Assembly: GCA_963663235.2 (NCBI GenBank)
Contig: CAXXNO010000005.1
Location: 64,001-128,000 of the forward strand
Length of the DNA: 64,000 bases
Origin: Dehalococcoidia bacterium
GTDB lineage: Bacteria; Chloroflexota; Dehalococcoidia; Bin125
Direction: 5' to 3'
Positions 59,334-64,000 of the stretch are shown one piece after another. A program made the position numbers and the translations under genes. The number at the start of each line of letters is the position of its first letter. Position 1 is the first letter of the stretch. The notes under the pieces were generated by a model, which saw nothing but the letters and a program-made list of their open reading frames with translations, did no database searches and was not told the DNA's origin.

Positions 59334-60314
59334 TCACACGGGCACCCAGAACAGCTTCCTCTCGCGCTTCGCCTTGGCGAGCTGGCCCTCTTCAAATAGG
59401 TACTGGAGGTGGGCCAGTGTCTCGAAGCCGGCCGCGCGCTGCATGAACGGCTCGAAGTCGCTCAATCTGCCCGTCGTCCACTCGATCCGGCCGGCGACCT
59501 CCCAGGCCGTGGAGCCGCCACGGTCCACGCATCGCAGCATCTCTTCCAGCCGCGTCTTGTGGTGGTCGTGGATCTCCCTGATCCGGCGTTGCAGCTCTTT
59601 CGTGTCGAACTCGTGCGCGGGCAGGACGTGTTCGACGTCCAGCTTGCCCACAACGTCCAAGGACCGCAGATAGTCCCCCAGAGGGTTGGCGGACGTCTGC
59701 GGATGCATCGACACGTTGGGAGTGATCGTCGGCAGGATATGGTCGCCGCTGAGGAGGATCTTCCGGTTCGGCTCGTACAGGCAGATGTGGCCCGGCGCAT
59801 GGCCGGGCGTCCACACCACCTCGAATTCAAAGTCGCCCGCCTTGAGGACTTCGCCGCCCTGAAGCTCGACGTCCGCCGGCGTCGCGACGCCGTGCTCCTC
59901 CAGGTAGGTCGACATCTCCTCCATCAAGCGCTTCGGCGCCGAGTAGCGTGAGCCGATGACCTCCGCTTCCTTCGCGTGCATGAGAACGTCGCAGGCGGAG
60001 ATCTGCTTCACTCGTCCGGCCATGCCGAAGTGGTCCGGGTGGACGTGGGTGATGACCAGTTTGGTCACTTCCGCGGGATGGGAGCCGTGCTCCTCCATGC
60101 CGGTGGCCAGCGCCGCATAGGCCGCTTCCGTGTTCCAGCCACAGTCGACGAGCATCGTCTCGCCACCGCTCCGGATCAGGTACGGGAGGACGTACGGGAG
60201 GCCCTTTGTGACCCGCGGCTTCTTCTGGAGGTCACGCCGCAGCTGCGTCGCGTCTTCCAGCGTGAATTTCGGGAAGGGCGTGAGCAACTGGTAGAGGCCC
60301 GCGACGATTTCCAT
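59334..60314 (-). CDS. MBL-fold metallo-hydrolase with a C-terminal winged-helix-like domain
   Basis: THVHPDHFG, WTPGHAPGH, SGDHILPTITPN, LPAHE, ETLAHLQYL. Confidence 0.9.
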   Translation of the reverse strand: MEIVAGLYQLLTPFPKFTLEDATQLRRDLQKKPRVTKGLPYVLPYLIRSGGETMLVDCGWNTEAAYAALATGMEEHGSHPAEVTKLVITHVHPDHFGMAGRVKQISACDVLMHAKEAEVIGSRYSAPKRLMEEMSTYLEEHGVATPADVELQGGEVLKAGDFEFEVVWTPGHAPGHICLYEPNRKILLSGDHILPTITPNVSMHPQTSANPLGDYLRSLDVVGKLDVEHVLPAHEFDTKELQRRIREIHDHHKTRLEEMLRCVDRGGSTAWEVAGRIEWTTGRLSDFEPFMQRAAGFETLAHLQYLFEEGQLAKAKRERKLFWVPV

Positions 60315-60557
60315 GCAGGTCGAGCCTCCGATCGCTGCCCGATGCTAACAGTCCCCAATCCGTGCCCGCCGCCCGCCGGCGCGATCGCGCCTTCGTGGTG
60401 GGCGGCGCGATATGCTCTGACCTGATGCCGCCTCGGAGGCCCTTGATATCCGACGCTGCGCCCGACGGATGGAGGACGCCGGAGGAATGGACGAATCGCG
60501 GATGACTTTGGATAGGGCAAGCCGCACGGGGCTTACGCGTGAGCGGCGGCGGCCGGG

Positions 60558-61115
60558 ATGAACGGTCCCTCGCTTCGCGGTCGACTCTTGGTAGCGGCGC
60601 CGCGTCTCATCGATCCGAACTTCTTCCGGACCGCGGTGCTCATCATCGACCACGGGGACCACGGCGCGGCCGGCCTGGTCTTGAACCGTCCCACCAACGT
60701 CCGCACAGGCGGAACCATTCCCCGCTGGGATCGCTTGGCGGCTCTTCCCGCTGTCATTTTCGTGGGCGGCCCGGTACAGCGAGATTCCGCCATCGCTTTG
60801 GCAAAGGCCGGGCCCGAGGCCACGCTGCCCGACTGGAGGCCCATCGTCGATACCGTGGGCATCGTGGACCTCCGCCTCGACCCTGATGAGGTGGGGACGG
60901 ACATCGAGCGGCTGCGTGTCTTCTCCGGCTACGCGGGATGGGGAGCGGGACAACTGGAGGCGGAGATCAGCACCGGATCGTGGCTCGTGGTTGATGCCCG
61001 GCCTGACGATGTCCTCACCGCCGCCCCCGCGCGCCTCTGGCACCTGGCGCTCACACGTCAGCGGGGCCGGTTCGCCGGGCTGGTGACGCTGCCCTCGGAT
61101 CCGTCGCTGAACTAG
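60558..61115 (+). CDS. yqgE: YqgE/AlgH (DUF179) protein
   Basis: LLVAAPRLIDPNFFRT, GLVLNRP, GGPV, GYAGWGAGQLEAE, DPSLN. Confidence 0.93.
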   Translation: MNGPSLRGRLLVAAPRLIDPNFFRTAVLIIDHGDHGAAGLVLNRPTNVRTGGTIPRWDRLAALPAVIFVGGPVQRDSAIALAKAGPEATLPDWRPIVDTVGIVDLRLDPDEVGTDIERLRVFSGYAGWGAGQLEAEISTGSWLVVDARPDDVLTAAPARLWHLALTRQRGRFAGLVTLPSDPSLN

Positions 61116-61151
61116 ACGGGACGGGCTCGTGCGCCCTGCCCCAGCCTGCGG

Positions 61152-61904
61152 CTACCACTGCCGCCCCATACCTCCGCGGGTGCCGTAGAACCCCGCCGGC
61201 CAGTTCCGCCCCCCCATCACCGCCTTGTCCACGTCCTCTTTGCTGGCGATACCCTCCGCCACGATGCTATCCGCCTCGCGACGGGCCGCGGCGAAGATGC
61301 GATTGAGGAGGAAGCCGTAGGTCTCTGGCGTGTCCCGCACCATGCTCACCTCCTTGCCCGCGCGCTCGGCGAGGCCTCGCACTGTCTCGATCGTCTCCGC
61401 GGACGCCTGGGGCGTGTAGACCACTTCGCACATCTTCATCTTGGGCACGGGGTTCGAGAAGTGCATCCCCGCGAACAGCGCTTTGCGCGACTCCGACAAG
61501 TCCCGAGCGACCTCGCCGATGACGAAACCGGAAGTGTTCGAGGCGAAGATCGCCTCGGCCTTCACGATCGCATCCAGCTCCTTGAACACCCGTTGCTTCA
61601 GTTCGAGATCCTCCGTGACCGCCTCGATGACGACGTCGGAATCCCCCAGCGCGGCCATATCGGTGGTGAACGAGATCCGCTGCATCGCCTCCACGCCGAC
61701 GTCAAACTGCAACTTCCCGATCTCCACGGCTCGCTTGATGCCCCAGCGGCCCTCGATGGCTGATTCCTTCGTCGCGGACAGGATCTCCTCACTGATGTCG
61801 CAAACGACCACCTCGTAGCCGCTGATCGCCATCACTTCGGCGATGCCACCCCCCATGACCCCGCCGCCGAGCACGCCGATCCTCTGCACTTGGTTCAACT
61901 GCAC
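61152..61904 (-). CDS. 3-hydroxyacyl-CoA dehydrogenase-family protein (short form)
   Basis: GGGVMGGGIA, IEAVTEDLELK, ASNTS, GMHFSNP, GFLLNRI. Confidence 0.9.
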   Translation of the reverse strand: MQLNQVQRIGVLGGGVMGGGIAEVMAISGYEVVVCDISEEILSATKESAIEGRWGIKRAVEIGKLQFDVGVEAMQRISFTTDMAALGDSDVVIEAVTEDLELKQRVFKELDAIVKAEAIFASNTSGFVIGEVARDLSESRKALFAGMHFSNPVPKMKMCEVVYTPQASAETIETVRGLAERAGKEVSMVRDTPETYGFLLNRIFAAARREADSIVAEGIASKEDVDKAVMGGRNWPAGFYGTRGGMGRQW

Positions 61905-62151
61905 GCTCCTCCTCCTTCCGTGGTCCGGCGTCGCCGGCCGATGCGAGGCTACGACACGAGACGGCTCTGCCGCGAGCCCGCCCGCAGGCCGCGCGGCGCC
62001 CAGCGGGCCCGCCGGCCCTGTCCACTAGAATGCGGGAGTTCGTCGCGGTTGGGCTCTCTGCCAGCCCCGAGTCTGGGCGGTGTCGCGATGGCGCTGCGGC
62101 CGGATCCCGCAACTTCGATGCTGCTCCCGGTGCCCTCCTGGGTCCACGGCG

Positions 62152-62286
62152 ACGGCGGAGAAGTACGCCGAGATCAACCGGCCAATCCACCCCCAGGAGC
62201 TGCGACAGGCCTTCGATAATGCGACGAAGGCGGGCCTTTGGCGGCTCGACGCTCGCTGGAGGACGCTCTCTCCCAGTGACAACTAG
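62152..62286 (+). pseudogene. Possible C-terminal remnant of a PflX-like radical SAM gene
   Basis: EKYAEINRPIHPQELRQAFDNATKAGLWRLDARW resembles that family's C-terminal tail as I recall it. No radical SAM core upstream. Confidence 0.4.
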
Positions 62287-62325
62287 ACTCGCACGCACCT
62301 TCGGACGGCAGAGAAACGAGTGAGC

Positions 62326-63750
62326 ATGGCCACGTACCAAGAGGTCCCCACAGTCAAGGCGATCGCGGACGGCCTCGCCAAGGGTGAGTTCTCCAGCCGC
62401 GAGATTACCGAACGCTGCCTCCGGCAGATCGAGACCACGGACGGCGTCATCAAGGCCTTTAATCTGGTCACCACCGATGTGGCCTTGAAAGCGGCGGACG
62501 CCTCCGACGAGCGACGCCGAAACGGCCGCCCGCTCGGTCCGCTCGACGGCGTCCCCTACGCCGCCAAGGACCTGGTCGAGACCGCGGGGATCGAGACCAC
62601 GGGATCCTCCAAGGTGCTCGCGGGCAACGTCCCCACTCGCGACGCCTCCACGGTGGAGCGCTTGAACGCGGCCGGGGCGGTCCTCATCGGCAAGACCAAC
62701 ACCCACCAGTTCGCCTACGGCGTGCAGACGCCCCCTACGCGCAACCCCTGGGACATGGAGCTGGCCCGCGTCCCCGGCGGTTCCAGCGGCGGCACCGGCG
62801 CGGCCGTCGCCACGACGCAGATCCCGCTCGGCCTCGGCACGGACACGGGCGGCTCCATCCGCATCCCCGCCTGCCTCAACGGGATCACCGGACTGAAGGC
62901 CACCTTCGGACGCATCCCCAAGGACGGCGTTTTCGTCTTGTCGTATTCCCGCGACAACATCGGGCCTATGTGCTGGACCGCCGAGGATGCCGCGCTGACC
63001 CTCAACGTGCTCGCCGGCCGCGACGCGCGCGACCCCAACTCGTCCGCCCGGCCGACGGAGGATTACACGGCCGCTCTCGCCACTGGCGTCATGGGGCTGC
63101 GGATCGCGGTCCCCACCAATTACTTCGTGAGCCACTATCCGGCCGTCACCGCTGCCTTCCGCGCCGCCGCAGAGCAACTGCGGGCGTTGGGCGCCGATCT
63201 CTTTGAGGTCACCGTCCCGCAGAGCGTCGCGCAGGCCCCACCGGCGGGTTTCATCGTCACCTTGGCGGAATCGGCGGCCTGGCACGGCCCCCGCTTGCGA
63301 CGCCAGGGGCAGGACTATGGCGACGACGTACGCCGCAATCTCCAACTGGCCGAGCTGGTCCTCGCCACGGATTACATCAACGCGAAGCGCTTCCGCTCGC
63401 GCTTCATCGCGGACATGCGCCAGCACTGGCGCGATGAGCGGATCGACGTCATGATCACGCCCACTATCGCCGTGACGGCCGCGCGGCACGGACAGATGGA
63501 GTACGAGGCGCCCGACGGGTTCTCGGAGACGCTCATGGCCGCTTCGACCCGCTGCACGTCGCCCTTCAACCTCACGGGCCAGCCGGCTCTGACGGTCCCG
63601 TGCGGCTTCGACGAGAAAGGCCTTCCCGTCGGCTTGCAGATCGTTGCCCGGCCCTGGGAGGAGGCGCTGGTCCTGCGGGTGGGCCACGCCTACCAGCAGG
63701 CGACCGACTGGCACGCGCGGCGACCGGACCTGGCCGCGCCCGACGCCTGA
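62326..63750 (+). CDS. Amidase-signature family enzyme (GatA/AtzE-like)
   Basis: GVPYAAKD, GKTNTHQFAYG, PGGSSGG, GTDTGGSIRIPA, GLPVGLQI. Confidence 0.94.
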   Translation: MATYQEVPTVKAIADGLAKGEFSSREITERCLRQIETTDGVIKAFNLVTTDVALKAADASDERRRNGRPLGPLDGVPYAAKDLVETAGIETTGSSKVLAGNVPTRDASTVERLNAAGAVLIGKTNTHQFAYGVQTPPTRNPWDMELARVPGGSSGGTGAAVATTQIPLGLGTDTGGSIRIPACLNGITGLKATFGRIPKDGVFVLSYSRDNIGPMCWTAEDAALTLNVLAGRDARDPNSSARPTEDYTAALATGVMGLRIAVPTNYFVSHYPAVTAAFRAAAEQLRALGADLFEVTVPQSVAQAPPAGFIVTLAESAAWHGPRLRRQGQDYGDDVRRNLQLAELVLATDYINAKRFRSRFIADMRQHWRDERIDVMITPTIAVTAARHGQMEYEAPDGFSETLMAASTRCTSPFNLTGQPALTVPCGFDEKGLPVGLQIVARPWEEALVLRVGHAYQQATDWHARRPDLAAPDA

Positions 63751-63894
63751 GCCGCCCGCCGCCCCAGCCGTCAGATCCGGCAGATGGGTCGGAACTCCCC
63801 CCGCGAATGAGCCGTCCGTACCTGCGCACGCTTGCTGCACTCCGCCACAGTGTCGGGGAGCGCTAATCGACGCGCTCGGATGCGGAGGACTCAG

Positions 63895-64000
63895 ATGTTG
63901 CAGCAGCCTCGATTCCCAGACACCCTTCGATTTCCGGACACTGGAGCCACGTCCCCCCACGCGGCCGGGAGTAACGGCGGCGGCGGAGAGACGTCCATGC
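63895..64000 (+). CDS. Possible 3'-partial CDS
   Basis: GGAGG then ATG, and the frame stays open to the window end. Confidence 0.3.
   Translation, partial: MLQQPRFPDTLRFPDTGATSPHAAGSNGGGGETSM

Noticed and set aside
59860-59890. Possible in-frame deletion in the MBL gene (GVATPADVELQ looks short)
   Set aside because: It cannot be supported without an alignment to homologs.
62326-63750. gatA
   Set aside because: No gatB or gatC nearby, and THQFAYG replaces the GatA-type DEFAMG, so a catabolic amidase is more likely.
47453-63960. Long antisense ORFs (47453..49258, 52379..54349, 61789..63960 and similar)
   Set aside because: They are shadows of real genes caused by high-GC codon bias and have no motifs.

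Overview
High-GC window of catabolic and accessory genes. I found no rRNA, tRNA, CRISPR array, integrase or transposase. The content includes five luciferase-like oxidoreductases, four SnoaL/NTF2 proteins plus a truncated copy, four hydantoinase B-type subunits, two CaiB/BaiF CoA-transferases and orphan Tat-lipoprotein ABC binding proteins. This resembles Chloroflexota Dehalococcoidia (SAR202/Tepidiformales-like), but the taxonomy is an inference. Main points: (1) a ~3.8-3.9 kb direct duplication of a binding protein-SnoaL-LLM module whose copies differ mostly by amino-acid changes; (2) four hydantoinase B paralogs with no hydantoinase A in the window; (3) the ADH-amidohydrolase-DUF59 trio known from propane monooxygenase clusters, here without the monooxygenase; (4) a two-gene surface-protein block between 121-bp direct repeats, one protein carrying two tandem sorting-like signals; (5) about ten disrupted genes or remnants, several not visible in the ORF track. 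All family calls come from motif recognition by eye; no searches were run.
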